A stretch of DNA of 64,000 nucleotides from a bacterium (lineage in GTDB: Bacteria; Patescibacteriota; Patescibacteriia; Patescibacteriales; GWC2-42-12). The notes beneath the pieces were generated by a model. That model did no database searches and was not told the DNA's origin. It was given only the letters and a program-made list of their open reading frames with translations. Of this stretch, positions 18,641 to 28,827 are shown piece by piece. The stretch is from the NCBI GenBank assembly GCA_030650415.1, contig JAUSEG010000011.1, positions 1,687-65,686 of the forward strand, read 5' to 3'. Position numbers and translations under genes: made by a program. How positions within the stretch are numbered: the stretch's first letter is position 1; each line of letters opens with the position of its first letter.

Positions 18641-20185
18641 TTTTCTGGCTTTAGGCGTTACCCAAAAACCCATATACTTTCCTAACATCATTCTGGTCTG
18701 CGCTTCCAGCCCCGGGATAGCGCCAAAAATTATAATGCTGATAGGTAAAATCAGCCATTGCAGTACCATGATAATGCTTTTTATAAAACTGTATTGGCTG
18801 GGGCGCTTAGGCAGGAGTATGGTTGAAATAATCGCTGAAAAAATCATGCCGACCATGGCGACAATCATCAAAGTCCGAGAGACCGCCGGCAAGTTGCTTG
18901 ATAAAACCGTAACATTAAAATTATTCCCGCCCAAAATCATCGGCAGCCAGCCGACGATGCCGATTATTAAAGAATTTGTCGCCCAAGAATGAAAACCGTA
19001 AAATTGAACTAAAATTTTATTTATCATCTTGCCAATCGGCAGGGTTTTTCTTTCCTTGATGGTATTAAACATTAAATACGGCAAATTTTCCACTCCCCAG
19101 CCCCAGCGTCTCTGCTGTTTGTATAGATTTTTTATGGTTTGCCAGACGGTTAAATCCATGCAAACGTCCATGGAAACCGGAAAATATAGCGGTTCAACCC
19201 GATAGTCTCCCCGATAGTAGCAATAACAATGCCAGAAAATGCGCGAATCCTCGCTCACCATATTGGTGGACCAAAAATCAATATCCAGAAGCGCCCGCCA
19301 AGTCATTGAATGCGAAGAATAGGTCGCCAACTTTTCCTGCCTGATCTGCTGCATCATCTGCCAAAAAGTATTTGAAGAAGCGGCTACTCGCGAAAAAAAC
19401 GGCGCTTGCCAAATATTATTGTGATAGATGGGAATCGGCTGATAGCTTGCCCGATAAGGATTCTTAACCGTTAAAAACTTATGAGTCAAACAGAAAAAAT
19501 ATCCGGAGATTACCACCGTATCCATGTCAAAAACGCTGATTAAAATTTTATCGTAATTATAATTAAACTTATCAATAATTTGAATTTTCACCTGCTTCGC
19601 CGCCCAAGTTTGATTTGCCCCCTTGCCTTTTAGCTCGCCGGCAAGATTATCCGGATGAACGGTAACTAAAAAATGTTTGAATTTAAAACCAAATTCCCGC
19701 TCAATCACTCTGGCTCTGGCCTTGGCTTCGGCTCCGGCCCGCTCTTCAATGGCTAAAACCACAATCATTTTATCTGCCGGATAGCCGTCCCTTATTAATC
19801 CCTCAAAACTTGGCCTGATTACTTCCAGGCTTTCATCGTAGGTTGGAAAAATAACCAGCTGAACAACTTCCGACCAATTTAAATTACTCCCAACGTTCAT
19901 CGGCAGTTTTTCGCATTTCTCGCGCCAATCAATTTTAACATTCTTCTTAATACCTATATAAGCGGCAAAAAGATGGATGCCTAAATAAATAACCAGGAGC
20001 AGCCAATAAACATCAAAACCAATAATAAAATATGCCGCCCAAACCGGCTTAAGCCAGGAAAATAAAACTAAAATAATCAGCGTAGCCCAAGAAAAACCAC
20101 CTGGTAAAATTTCCAACAAACGGTAAAGCCTTCTGTCTTTTTTTATAACCAGGTCGGAGGCTTTGCTGATTTTCAGGTAATTCAT
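18617..20185 (-). CDS. Membrane-embedded processive-type GT2 glycosyltransferase
   Basis: GKGAN, DMD, SEDS and QQRRW (QxxRW) motifs with flanking TM segments. Confidence 0.8.
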   Translation of the reverse strand: MNYLKISKASDLVIKKDRRLYRLLEILPGGFSWATLIILVLFSWLKPVWAAYFIIGFDVYWLLLVIYLGIHLFAAYIGIKKNVKIDWREKCEKLPMNVGSNLNWSEVVQLVIFPTYDESLEVIRPSFEGLIRDGYPADKMIVVLAIEERAGAEAKARARVIEREFGFKFKHFLVTVHPDNLAGELKGKGANQTWAAKQVKIQIIDKFNYNYDKILISVFDMDTVVISGYFFCLTHKFLTVKNPYRASYQPIPIYHNNIWQAPFFSRVAASSNTFWQMMQQIRQEKLATYSSHSMTWRALLDIDFWSTNMVSEDSRIFWHCYCYYRGDYRVEPLYFPVSMDVCMDLTVWQTIKNLYKQQRRWGWGVENLPYLMFNTIKERKTLPIGKMINKILVQFYGFHSWATNSLIIGIVGWLPMILGGNNFNVTVLSSNLPAVSRTLMIVAMVGMIFSAIISTILLPKRPSQYSFIKSIIMVLQWLILPISIIIFGAIPGLEAQTRMMLGKYMGFWVTPKARKGIMNNES

Positions 20186-20188
20186 AAA

Positions 20189-20947
20189 TTAACGATTTAA
20201 GCCGCCAACCAATTTTTTATTCCATCTGTGCTTAAAAACAGAATAAATATATCTCTTCATCTGGAAATTGAATAGGCACCAAAACAACTGATGAATTTTT
20301 TTAGGCCTGGTGACATTAGTAAAAGAACCGCGCTTAATCGCGGCAAAAATACTGGCCGCGTCAAAACTATCAGCCTCGATCAAAGCATAATCAGTATTAA
20401 AATATTTTAGAAAATGAGCATCCGAGGTAGCTACCAGGGGCTTATTGAATTTATCGGTAATTTTTCGAGTCTTTCTGTTGGAATTTAATAATCGCCGGGA
20501 ATAACACCAGCAGTGCTCCACGCTATCGAACAAATCTATATTTTTAACTAACTTTTTCTTGCCCATGGAGAAAAGACGAGTAGCTAGGGGGTGCGGCGCT
20601 AAAACAAAAATTTCCGGATGTTTTTCCTTGTACTCCGCTAATTTCTTAAAACTGTTTATTTTTTCAACCGCCGCGGCTTCTTGCGGATCAATGTTAAGAA
20701 TAATCAAGTCATTACGCTTAATTTTTCTCATCTGAAGTTCAACGCCCAAGAGCAAGATGATTCCCTTGCCGGCGGCATATTTAACATAATCATCTTTATA
20801 GATAACTTTTTTATGGCAAGTCAAGCCTAAAAGCTTAAAACCCAATTGCTCGGCCCAATCTATAAGCTCATAGACATTATATTTTATAAGATGCCCCTCA
20901 AGTTTATCCTCAATTGTATGAATATGCAGACTGGCTTTTACTATCAT
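20189..20947 (-). CDS. PHP-domain metal-dependent phosphoesterase
   Basis: LHIHT, LTCH, GVE, APHP, TSDAH. Confidence 0.8.
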   Translation of the reverse strand: MIVKASLHIHTIEDKLEGHLIKYNVYELIDWAEQLGFKLLGLTCHKKVIYKDDYVKYAAGKGIILLLGVELQMRKIKRNDLIILNIDPQEAAAVEKINSFKKLAEYKEKHPEIFVLAPHPLATRLFSMGKKKLVKNIDLFDSVEHCWCYSRRLLNSNRKTRKITDKFNKPLVATSDAHFLKYFNTDYALIEADSFDAASIFAAIKRGSFTNVTRPKKIHQLFWCLFNFQMKRYIYSVFKHRWNKKLVGGLNR

Positions 20948-21001
20948 AAATTAAACCAAAGTTAAATTTCCGGTAATTTAAAAACTCTGCTCGCCTCTTA
21001 A

Positions 21002-22792
21002 TTATGCCGCCCCGCCTGTCATGTCAGATCCCATGGCTTTATTTTGCCTGACCGAGGTTTTTTCGCTGATCCCGCGTTCTTCCGGCCTGCCTGCCCGATA
21101 GTTAGACTCTGCCTCCGAATATTTATTTTGATTTGAATAATCCGGCCTCGCTAGAGAAGCGGACTGGCCTATTTTAGACAATTCTTTTTCCTTAGCTTCC
21201 AGCCGTGATTTTACCTCTTGCTTCTTTTCGTTTTTCACGGCAATCAAACAATCCTTGCAAAAAATCGGCCTTATCCCATCCGGTATAAAGGATATTCGCG
21301 TTGTCTTAGCGCAACGGCTGCAGACGGCATCGTGCTTGCTGCTTTCCGATTGAATATCGGCTTTCGATCTGGATTTATCCAGACTTTCGTTATTTATGGC
21401 AGACGCCGGATTTCTCGGAATTTCTTTTTTTCTTTCAGCCGCCGGCCTGGCTGAAGTTTCTCTGTCCCTGGCTGGTCTTTTCTCCGACTCTCTTTCTCCG
21501 CCGTCGCTTTCGTCGTTATTCGTGTGCCAGCGGATAATTTTATCTTCAACGGACGTTCTCGGCTTAGAATATCTTTCTCGCGAAACTTTTATAACTTTTT
21601 CTTTATTGTTGGTTTTCTCCGCCTCGCTAAAAGGCGGCAAACCTCTAGCCGAAAAAGGATCGGAGGAAACTCCGTCAATCATTAATTTTATGTAAAATTC
21701 ATATTTAGTCAAATTTACTAAGTCTTCCTCTAAAAATACCGGGGTAAATTCTTTAACTAGCTCTTCGGCGTCAGTCGCGCCGACTCGAAAAACAATTAAC
21801 GTGCCGACGTTGCCGAAAACCGCCGGCTTAACGATTTCGCCGAGCTGCTCGATATATTGATGAGCCATAACTAGATTCAGCCGATATTTTCTGGCCTCGG
21901 ATAAGATATTGGCAAAACTGTCGGTCGTAAAATTTTGAAATTCATCAATATAAAGATAAAAATCTTGGCGATCTCTTTCCAATATATCAACCCGGCTCAT
22001 AACCGCCAGCTGCACCTTAGTAATCATCATGGCGCCTAAGAGCGCCGAATTATCTTCGCCGATTCTGCCCTTGCTTAAATTCATAATCAAAATTTTTCCG
22101 CTATCCATGACTTCCCTTAAATCGATGGTTGATTTAACCTGGCCGACGATATTTCTGATTAAAGAGCTTGATAAAAACTGCCCGACTTTATTTTGAATCG
22201 GCGAGACCGCTTCGGAAGCGAAATTATTGGCATAGCCGGCGAATTCGTTGACCCAAAAAGATTTAACCACCGGATCCTGAATTTTTTCAATAACTTTTTT
22301 TCTAAAATTCTTATCAGAGAGCATTCTGGTAATCGCCAGGAGCGTTGAGTCAGGATAATCCAAAATCGCCAAAATGGCATTCCTTAAAATATACTCGAGC
22401 CGAGGCCCCCAGGAATCGGCCCAGAGTTTTTTAAAAACTCCGATTAAGCCGGAAGCAACCAAGTGCCTTAAGTGCGGCTCAACCTTTTCGACCACGTTAA
22501 AGGCGATCGGGTAGTCCATATCGGCCGGATTGAAATAAATTACATCATTAACCCGGTTAGCCGGTATATAATCAATAACTTTTTCGGCTAAATCGCCATG
22601 CGGATCAACCACCATCACGCCTTTTCCAGATCTAATATCGTCAATAATCATATTTTCTAAAACCGTGGACTTACCCATGCCGGTTTTTCCAACCAAGTAC
22701 ATATGCCGGCGGCGATCGTCGATTTTAATGCCGAACTTTCTATGTTCGTTGCGGAAGTTGGTTTCGGCGAAAACTGTAATTTGATCTGACAT
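21002..22792 (-). CDS. VirD4/TrwB-like P-loop ATPase with a C-terminal CxxC-x17-CxxC module
   Basis: GKTGMGKS (Walker A), DPHGD, YIDEFQNF (Walker B), LSEARKY, HQY; CSRC-17 aa-CKDC. Confidence 0.85.
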   Translation of the reverse strand: MSDQITVFAETNFRNEHRKFGIKIDDRRRHMYLVGKTGMGKSTVLENMIIDDIRSGKGVMVVDPHGDLAEKVIDYIPANRVNDVIYFNPADMDYPIAFNVVEKVEPHLRHLVASGLIGVFKKLWADSWGPRLEYILRNAILAILDYPDSTLLAITRMLSDKNFRKKVIEKIQDPVVKSFWVNEFAGYANNFASEAVSPIQNKVGQFLSSSLIRNIVGQVKSTIDLREVMDSGKILIMNLSKGRIGEDNSALLGAMMITKVQLAVMSRVDILERDRQDFYLYIDEFQNFTTDSFANILSEARKYRLNLVMAHQYIEQLGEIVKPAVFGNVGTLIVFRVGATDAEELVKEFTPVFLEEDLVNLTKYEFYIKLMIDGVSSDPFSARGLPPFSEAEKTNNKEKVIKVSRERYSKPRTSVEDKIIRWHTNNDESDGGERESEKRPARDRETSARPAAERKKEIPRNPASAINNESLDKSRSKADIQSESSKHDAVCSRCAKTTRISFIPDGIRPIFCKDCLIAVKNEKKQEVKSRLEAKEKELSKIGQSASLARPDYSNQNKYSEAESNYRAGRPEERGISEKTSVRQNKAMGSDMTGGAA

Positions 22793-22803
22793 AATAAATG
22801 CAA

Positions 22804-22894
22804 ATGAATTATGAATAATGAATTATGAATAATGGAATTTTACTGATTAATTTTTGCGTTTTCCATAATTCATAATTCATTATTCCTAATTCAT
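22804..22894. repeat. 7-mer-repeat hairpin (ATGAATT...AATTCAT type)
   Basis: ATGAATTATGAATAATGAATTATGAATAATGGAA...TTCCATAATTCATAATTCATTATTCCTAATTCAT. Confidence 0.85.
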
Positions 22895-22897
22895 CTA

Positions 22898-24361
22898 TTA
22901 TACCACCGGTAAATTGCTTGGCGGTTCGGCTTTAATTATAATCTGGGGTTTTATGTCGCCCCCGCCGCTATCCAGATTAAATATATCCGATCCGGAACCG
23001 CCTCCGGCCAGCTCTTCAACCGCCCGATCTCTGATTACCGGCAAACTGGACGGCGGTTCGGCTTTTCTGCCCGGCGCTTTCTGAATCGAAGGCGATTTAA
23101 CCGAAGCCTCAACCGGAAAGTGCCAAATTGTGGCCAGCTCTTCGGTATTAAGTATATGCGGCATGCGCCCTCTAATATCGCTCCGATATTTATAAGCGAT
23201 CATTAATTTCATTTTCCTGGCATTAAGGCGGGATTTGCCGAAAATCATATTATACTTCAGCTTGGTTATGGTGCCGTAGTCGCCAACGTCCGGTTTATAT
23301 GAATTTAAATCATTAAAATTAAATTGCTTCATGTAGCCGGTAAAACCATAACTGACTTTATTTTTATTAATTACTTCTTTCCTGGCCACATAAGCATATC
23401 TGATTTTTACTTCAAAACCTAATTTACCGACCTTCTCCTGAATTTCCTCTATCTGCCTTTTCTGCTTTGGCTTTAAATTCATCATCTTAAATTGTTCCTC
23501 TTTTTTTTCCGGTTTTTTATCGTCTTCGATGTCTGACCAGAGAGGATAGATTATCTCACTTATAAAAGTCATCGATTTCACCAGGCTATCTGAAAGTTTA
23601 TCAACTAAATTGTTCCTGCTGGTTTTTTCGCCGATGATCCTTTTTATTTCCTCGTCGCCTTCTTCCGCCCAGTCCTGGCCGATCGGTATTACCAGTATCT
23701 GATACCATAATTGCTCGCCCTTCTTTAAACTGCCCATTAAATCCATCAGCGCGGCCATCGGATCTTTAAACTGGGTTTCCGGCTCGCCCATAGTATGTTC
23801 AAAGTGCTCATAAGTCTTAATCGGATAAACCGAATTTTCAATCAACTTAAATTCCCCGCCGAAAACATCATATTGATCATCAGGATACTTTGTCGGAAAA
23901 CCCTCGGTATAATCATTAACTTCGGTAATCTCCGCGTCAGGATATTGCGAATAAATCGCGGCGTCAACCAAATAACGGTATTTTTCCGGCGCCCAGATTA
24001 AAAATTGAATATAGCCGTCAATGCTGACGATCTCAAAGCTGAAATATAATTGCCACTCTCCCTTCCACCATTTTTCATAAAGATCCTGAGTGCTATGGGC
24101 GCCGGCCAGATAGGCAAAAATATTTTCCACGGCCCTGGGCGTTTGAGCGTTGCCTCGGGGAATATCAATCGCCAATAAAATGGTTTTTTGTTTCGCGCCA
24201 AAAGCCAGTCTTATATATCTAAGCCAGACCTGAGTGGTCCCCCAAACGAAGGCAATAGCCAGCGGAATCCAGCCTACATAGAGAAGCACATATAACAACA
24301 GCTGATCCGAGGGCAAACTTAAAAAATTTAAAATTGGCTGTAAATCTATGACTATATTCAT
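22898..24361 (-). CDS. Membrane-anchored hypothetical protein, probable partner of the VirD4-like ATPase
   Basis: N-terminal TM; FSFEIVS, IYSQYPDAEI, LNTEELATIWHFP, PSNLP; adjacent and co-oriented. Confidence 0.6.
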   Translation of the reverse strand: MNIVIDLQPILNFLSLPSDQLLLYVLLYVGWIPLAIAFVWGTTQVWLRYIRLAFGAKQKTILLAIDIPRGNAQTPRAVENIFAYLAGAHSTQDLYEKWWKGEWQLYFSFEIVSIDGYIQFLIWAPEKYRYLVDAAIYSQYPDAEITEVNDYTEGFPTKYPDDQYDVFGGEFKLIENSVYPIKTYEHFEHTMGEPETQFKDPMAALMDLMGSLKKGEQLWYQILVIPIGQDWAEEGDEEIKRIIGEKTSRNNLVDKLSDSLVKSMTFISEIIYPLWSDIEDDKKPEKKEEQFKMMNLKPKQKRQIEEIQEKVGKLGFEVKIRYAYVARKEVINKNKVSYGFTGYMKQFNFNDLNSYKPDVGDYGTITKLKYNMIFGKSRLNARKMKLMIAYKYRSDIRGRMPHILNTEELATIWHFPVEASVKSPSIQKAPGRKAEPPSSLPVIRDRAVEELAGGGSGSDIFNLDSGGGDIKPQIIIKAEPPSNLPVV

Positions 24362-24412
24362 GAGGATCTATTAATCAATTAGTTACTGCTATTTTACCAT
24401 ATTTCGCCAAAT

Positions 24413-24447
24413 AAAAAAACACCCCGCAAAATGCGGGGCGTATTTTT
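24413..24447. terminator. Intrinsic terminator (A/T tracts on both sides)
   Basis: AAAAAAAC-ACCCCGCA-aaa-TGCGGGG-CGTATTTTT. Confidence 0.7.
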
Positions 24448-24482
24448 ATGAGATATCGTCAAGTTCTTAAATTTGGCTTAAA

Positions 24483-25709
24483 TTACTTTTCGGTTAGAGC
24501 TCTATCTTTAATTGCATATTTGCCGTCTGAAGCCGGCTCAAATTTATCCCGATTCATCAAAGCCAAGTTAATCGTCGCCTTCTTAACCATTCTTTGCCCC
24601 AAAACTTTATTAATAATTTCTTCGCGGTTTAGCGGGCGATCGGCTTCTATCATGACTTTTTCAATTACTTCGGTGACCGTGCCTTTCTCATAGCCCCATT
24701 CCTTTAAGCCGTAAAGGCCGCGTCCGACTAAAATATATTTATCGTCTAAAATCAATTCATTATGAACCGTAGCCGCGTTGGCCTGCTTTTTATCAAAACC
24801 GATTTGATTGATTCTATCGGCAATCTCGGCGAAATGCATGGGCTTGCTGTTATTTTTTAGAATTAAATAAATTTTATCATTAATAGTCTTGGGCTTAATC
24901 TCGCGCGATTCATCAATGCCCCAATGGCCGAATTTATTCTGTTCAATTTTCTTAGCGGCTTGAAGAACCGAATAAAGCGCTTTGTTTTGATTAATGAAGT
25001 CGGCCGGCTCCTTGAATAAATTGCTGACTAAGACACCGGAAATATCAAGATTATTGGTTTGCTTGAATTTATCTTCGCTGGCCTTATAAGCGCTAAGCTC
25101 TTTTGATAAGTTAATCAGATCTTCGGTCATGAAGATTTTTTTAGCTTCTCTGACTTTAGCTAAAAGTTCAACAGTCAAATTTTCCAGATGCTCAAGCGAC
25201 TGATATTTCAATTTTAAAGATTCTTTAAAAACTGCCGAATCATTGATTTCCTCGAATTCACTATGCAATAACCGGGAAATTAAAAAGTCAAAATGGCGCT
25301 TATGCTTTATCTCATTTTCTTCTTTTTTGCCGGCGCCAATGGAAAAGTTAACTAAATTATTAAATAAGTATTCCTTTTCCATAAATCCGCCATGTTCTTC
25401 CAGTAAATGGATAATAACATTTTTCAAACCGGACAAATAGCTATCCAAATTTTCCAGCTGTTTCAGCCGTTTGATGCTTGAAGTTTCGATTTGCCTGATC
25501 CTTTCCCTGGTTAAACTATGGATCTTGCCGATTTCCTCCAAAGTTTCCTTATCATCGCCATGCAAGCCGAAGCGCCTGACTAAAATATCGCGCTCTCTTT
25601 CGTTGAGTTCGCTGAATAAACCATTGATAATTTCAATCGCGTCAAGCATGGCCACTTCTTCGGCTTGGTGATTATTGATTATTTGGTCTAAGATGGATTT
25701 ATTTTCCAT
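24483..25709 (-). CDS. sigma70 region-4 HTH protein with C-terminal winged-helix (HARE-HTH/RNAP delta-like) domains
   Basis: LNERERDILVRRFGL..TLEEIG....LTRERIRQIE; PMHFAEI...TVHNELI...GRGLYGLKEW; no sigma region 2 seen. Confidence 0.75.
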   Translation of the reverse strand: MENKSILDQIINNHQAEEVAMLDAIEIINGLFSELNERERDILVRRFGLHGDDKETLEEIGKIHSLTRERIRQIETSSIKRLKQLENLDSYLSGLKNVIIHLLEEHGGFMEKEYLFNNLVNFSIGAGKKEENEIKHKRHFDFLISRLLHSEFEEINDSAVFKESLKLKYQSLEHLENLTVELLAKVREAKKIFMTEDLINLSKELSAYKASEDKFKQTNNLDISGVLVSNLFKEPADFINQNKALYSVLQAAKKIEQNKFGHWGIDESREIKPKTINDKIYLILKNNSKPMHFAEIADRINQIGFDKKQANAATVHNELILDDKYILVGRGLYGLKEWGYEKGTVTEVIEKVMIEADRPLNREEIINKVLGQRMVKKATINLALMNRDKFEPASDGKYAIKDRALTEK

Positions 25710-25782
25710 AATTCGGTGAACTCATTACAAGTCTTAATATTTTATTATTCACTAAAACAAAATTTCTTTTCTACGATTCTCG

Positions 25783-25801
25783 CCCCGAGCTTGTCGAGGG
25801 G
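25783..25801. repeat. Micro-palindrome, type F
   Basis: CCCCGAGCTTGTCGAGGGG; related to CCCTGAGCTTGCCGAAGGG in rseP and CCCTGAGTCATCCGAAGGG in secA. Confidence 0.6.
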
Positions 25802-25921
25802 TAGAATTTCTATAAATTGCCGGGGGAAAATTATATTAAACAAGATAAATTAACTTCTGTCTATATTTAATTAATATTGCTTTACGCGGTCAATTTTTAC
25901 TCTGATTTATTTTATGAAAAC

Positions 25922-25950
25922 ATATTAACATATTTTTTTTTATAAGTCAA
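25922..25950 (-). promoter_or_regulatory. Promoter for the sigma70-r4 gene
   Basis: TTGACT-17 nt-TAATAT with a TG extension. Confidence 0.55.
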
Positions 25951-26073
25951 GGGGTATTATAATAATATCTATAATTAGCCATATATATTAAACAATCTTA
26001 ATTTCTAAATAAATTTGCAGCCATAAAAAATCTTAAAATAATTATCTAATATTAACACTAATTTTTATATAGG

Positions 26074-26102
26074 TTGACATTTATACTGACTTATGATACG
26101 GT
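26074..26102 (+). promoter_or_regulatory. Promoter for the 26.2-27.6 kb unit
   Basis: TTGACA-17 nt-TACGGT with a TG extension. Confidence 0.45.
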
Positions 26103-26219
26103 ATTTTATCGTTCATTAAAAAATTTATGTCTGTGAAACTGCCACTAGACGACTATAAGTAGCCGCCTGATTGCAGTTTCGCAGTATAAACAAACCAAAA
26201 ACAAAAAACAAGTAAAACT

Positions 26220-26426
26220 ATGAGAAAATCATTCCTTTGGCTCTTCGGCTGCATCGCTGGGCTTATCCTCGCAATCGTGCTGTCGTTCAAAGCCAGCACC
26301 ATCAAAATCGTGCCGGTGCAAATTACCAACTCGCAAACCGAGACATCGGTAACTCTGGCGCCTGTCGCGCCGGAGTCCAATCGGGTGACGGTTAACTTCA
26401 GCGGTGTCCAACCGGTCATCAAGTAA
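26220..26426 (+). CDS. Small exported or membrane-anchored hypothetical protein
   Basis: MRK plus a hydrophobic stretch; A/C-rich leader. Confidence 0.55.
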   Translation: MRKSFLWLFGCIAGLILAIVLSFKASTIKIVPVQITNSQTETSVTLAPVAPESNRVTVNFSGVQPVIK

Positions 26427-26463
26427 TGTCGGTCAACAAAAACAAAAAAACAGCAGAAACAAA

Positions 26464-27636
26464 ATGAAAAAAACAATGTCGGTAATAGCACTGGCGCTTC
26501 TCGCAGCCAGTGTAATGTTCGCTCAAGACCTTCCACCCGTCTCCGGTGGCGACAATTCAGGCGGAGGCGGATCGGGCGGTGGCGGTGGAAGCTCTGTGCC
26601 GCCAACCTTCACGGGGCCTGACAAGGTGCCGTTGGCTTCGCCAAAGGTGCTACAGGCCTACGCCCTGACCCTGGTCGGAACGATAGGAGTGCAAGTGTAC
26701 GGAAATTCGGTCTCCGGCGACAGTTATCGCTGGGTGGACTACCCGTACGAGGATGCCGACCCCGATCGCATGGCCAGCATAGCCAGTTCGATCGAGCTGA
26801 AATTCAGCGCAACCACGGATGATCAACTGACTTCATGGGTGTCGTATAACAGTCGAATGTTCACCCTGACAGACCCGGATGAAAATGAAGTCACAACCGC
26901 ATTTGGCTTGTTCAACGGAGGCAAAAACTTCAAGCTTGAATACTTCAAAGATGCGTGGCGGGTGCCTACCAACGCCTACGCTGTTGAACTTGAGGTTGGC
27001 CAAGTTCCTTGGGTAGTCCCTGGGATGAGAAATGCCTACATCACGACTCGAGATGAAAAAGGCAACTACACCGGATACTACGATTTCCGGCAACAGCAGG
27101 GCGACTACTGGCTGGATCGCGGGGTTATATTCCTTACCGAGCAACTGACCTCTCGCCGCGGAGACCTAACCACGATTTTGGAAAACGGTTCCAAGGTCGT
27201 CTATGACATCACAAGCGGTTGGCGAAAATACTCGCCGACGATCAAGGGTAGCGGCTTCAAGCCGACGATCAAAGGGATTCGGACCGTGCCTGACAATACG
27301 ATTGATATTGTTTATCGGGAAACAGACGAAATCGTCAGAGTCGCCTACACTGGGGATTATCACGGCTCAAACACGTTTCAAAATGTGTTTGTGGAATTCC
27401 CTGGAGAACTGAAGCGGTATCCGGCCAAAGTTTTTGTCATCGACACGAGACTCTTGGCGTTAAACCCTGACGCCGAATGGCTGGAATTCAATCCGTATGT
27501 TGAGCCGGTATGGTTCAGGATGAAAGTCGGCCAAGCCGTGCTCATCCGCTTCGAGTACCAAATCGATCCGGAGCCGCTGGACAATGGTGGCGGCGGTAAG
27601 GGCGCCAAAGTCGCGCCAGTCAAGCTTGAGGAGTAA
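26464..27636 (+). CDS. Secreted orphan protein with Gly-rich ends
   Basis: Signal peptide MKKTMSVIALALLAASVMFA-Q; GGGGSGGGGGSS and GGGGKG; long ORF followed by a terminator. Confidence 0.75.
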   Translation: MKKTMSVIALALLAASVMFAQDLPPVSGGDNSGGGGSGGGGGSSVPPTFTGPDKVPLASPKVLQAYALTLVGTIGVQVYGNSVSGDSYRWVDYPYEDADPDRMASIASSIELKFSATTDDQLTSWVSYNSRMFTLTDPDENEVTTAFGLFNGGKNFKLEYFKDAWRVPTNAYAVELEVGQVPWVVPGMRNAYITTRDEKGNYTGYYDFRQQQGDYWLDRGVIFLTEQLTSRRGDLTTILENGSKVVYDITSGWRKYSPTIKGSGFKPTIKGIRTVPDNTIDIVYRETDEIVRVAYTGDYHGSNTFQNVFVEFPGELKRYPAKVFVIDTRLLALNPDAEWLEFNPYVEPVWFRMKVGQAVLIRFEYQIDPEPLDNGGGGKGAKVAPVKLEE

Positions 27637-27668
27637 CCCCAAGCAAATTTTGCACCTTCAAAAACAAC

Positions 27669-27705
27669 AGCGCCAGCTTCACCTCGAAGCCGGCGCTCTT
27701 TTTTT
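27669..27705 (+). terminator. Intrinsic terminator
   Basis: AGCGCCAGCTTC-acctc-GAAGCCGGCGCT followed by a T tract. Confidence 0.75.
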
Positions 27706-27722
27706 ACTTAAAATTTTCCTTC

Positions 27723-27861
27723 TGTCATTGCGAGAAGTAAAATTCATTCGTCATTCTGGAGGGAGCGTCAGCGACCGATAGAATCTCATAATATAACATG
27801 AGATGCTATCGCTCCACTTCGTTCCGCTCCAGCATGACAAAAAAAGTCGCTCGCAATGACA
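27723..27861. repeat. Nested element: outer A, inner C (27750-27839)
   Basis: TGTCATTGCGAG [GTCATTCTGGAGG...CTCCAGCATGACA] GTCGCTCGCAATGACA. Confidence 0.92.
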
Positions 27862-27871
27862 ATCATTATAT

Positions 27872-28816
27872 TTAATCTCCAAAATACTCCACCTCTTCTT
27901 CTAAATTTATTTTGTATTTATTCTTAACTTTTTTCTTAACTAAATTTATCAAGCTTAAAACATCTCTAACGCTGGCTCGACCGGTATTAATTATAAAATT
28001 AGCATGCTGGTCGCTGATTTTTGCCTCTCCCCTAGTCCGGCCTTTAAGGCCGAGCTGATCAATTAAATAAGCCGCCCCGATTTTACCGCCCCTGAATAAG
28101 CCTTTTTTTTCTAAATCCAGAGCCAGCTCACGGTTTTCTTTCAATATTTTTTTATATTCCAAGTTTTTAAAAATACAGCCGGCGCTCGGTTCTTTAGGGT
28201 TGGTTCGCGCCCGATTGGTTATATTCACTTTGGCTAAATTCTTAATTTCTGTTGCCTCGCCCGGGGTTAATTTTAAATTAACGCTAACAATCAGCAGATT
28301 TCTATTTTCCTTAAAAATGGAATGACGATAGCTAAAACCGCAGGCCTGATTATTTAATTTCACCAGTTCACCTTTAGCTTGATCATAAGCCTCGGCTTCG
28401 GCTACCTGCCCGGAAATATCACTGCCATAAGCCCCGGCATTGCCCCTAACCGCGCCGCCCAGGCTGCCGGGTATGCCGGCCGCCCACTCCAAGCCGATTA
28501 AACCCAAGCCATAAGTAACTTCGGCAAGTTTAGCTAAACCAATGCCGGCCCAAGCCGATATAATATTTTCGTTAACAGTATAATCTTCACCGGAAATCTT
28601 TATTACCAAGCCTTTTATTTTTTTCTTAATAATTAAAACATTGCTGCCGCCGGCTAAAAATAATAACGGCAATTTTTTATTTTTTGCCCAATTTATCGCC
28701 TCGATCAGTTCTTTTCTATTTTTTACCGCCACAAAAAACTCCGCTCGACCGCCGATTTTAAAAGTCGTCAAAGACGTTAAATTGTAATTTTTTTTAATAA
28801 TTTTTTCTATGGGCAT
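27872..28816 (-). CDS. murB: UDP-N-acetylenolpyruvoylglucosamine reductase
   Basis: TTFKIGG, GGSNVL, GIPGSLGGAVRGNAGAYG, SAGCIFKN, HANFIIN, LEEEV. Confidence 0.93.
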   Translation of the reverse strand: MPIEKIIKKNYNLTSLTTFKIGGRAEFFVAVKNRKELIEAINWAKNKKLPLLFLAGGSNVLIIKKKIKGLVIKISGEDYTVNENIISAWAGIGLAKLAEVTYGLGLIGLEWAAGIPGSLGGAVRGNAGAYGSDISGQVAEAEAYDQAKGELVKLNNQACGFSYRHSIFKENRNLLIVSVNLKLTPGEATEIKNLAKVNITNRARTNPKEPSAGCIFKNLEYKKILKENRELALDLEKKGLFRGGKIGAAYLIDQLGLKGRTRGEAKISDQHANFIINTGRASVRDVLSLINLVKKKVKNKYKINLEEEVEYFGD

Positions 28817-28827
28817 ATTAATTAAGC

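Noticed and set aside
24483-25709. Bona fide sigma factor
   Set aside because: Only a region-4-like HTH is recognisable; region 2 is not seen.
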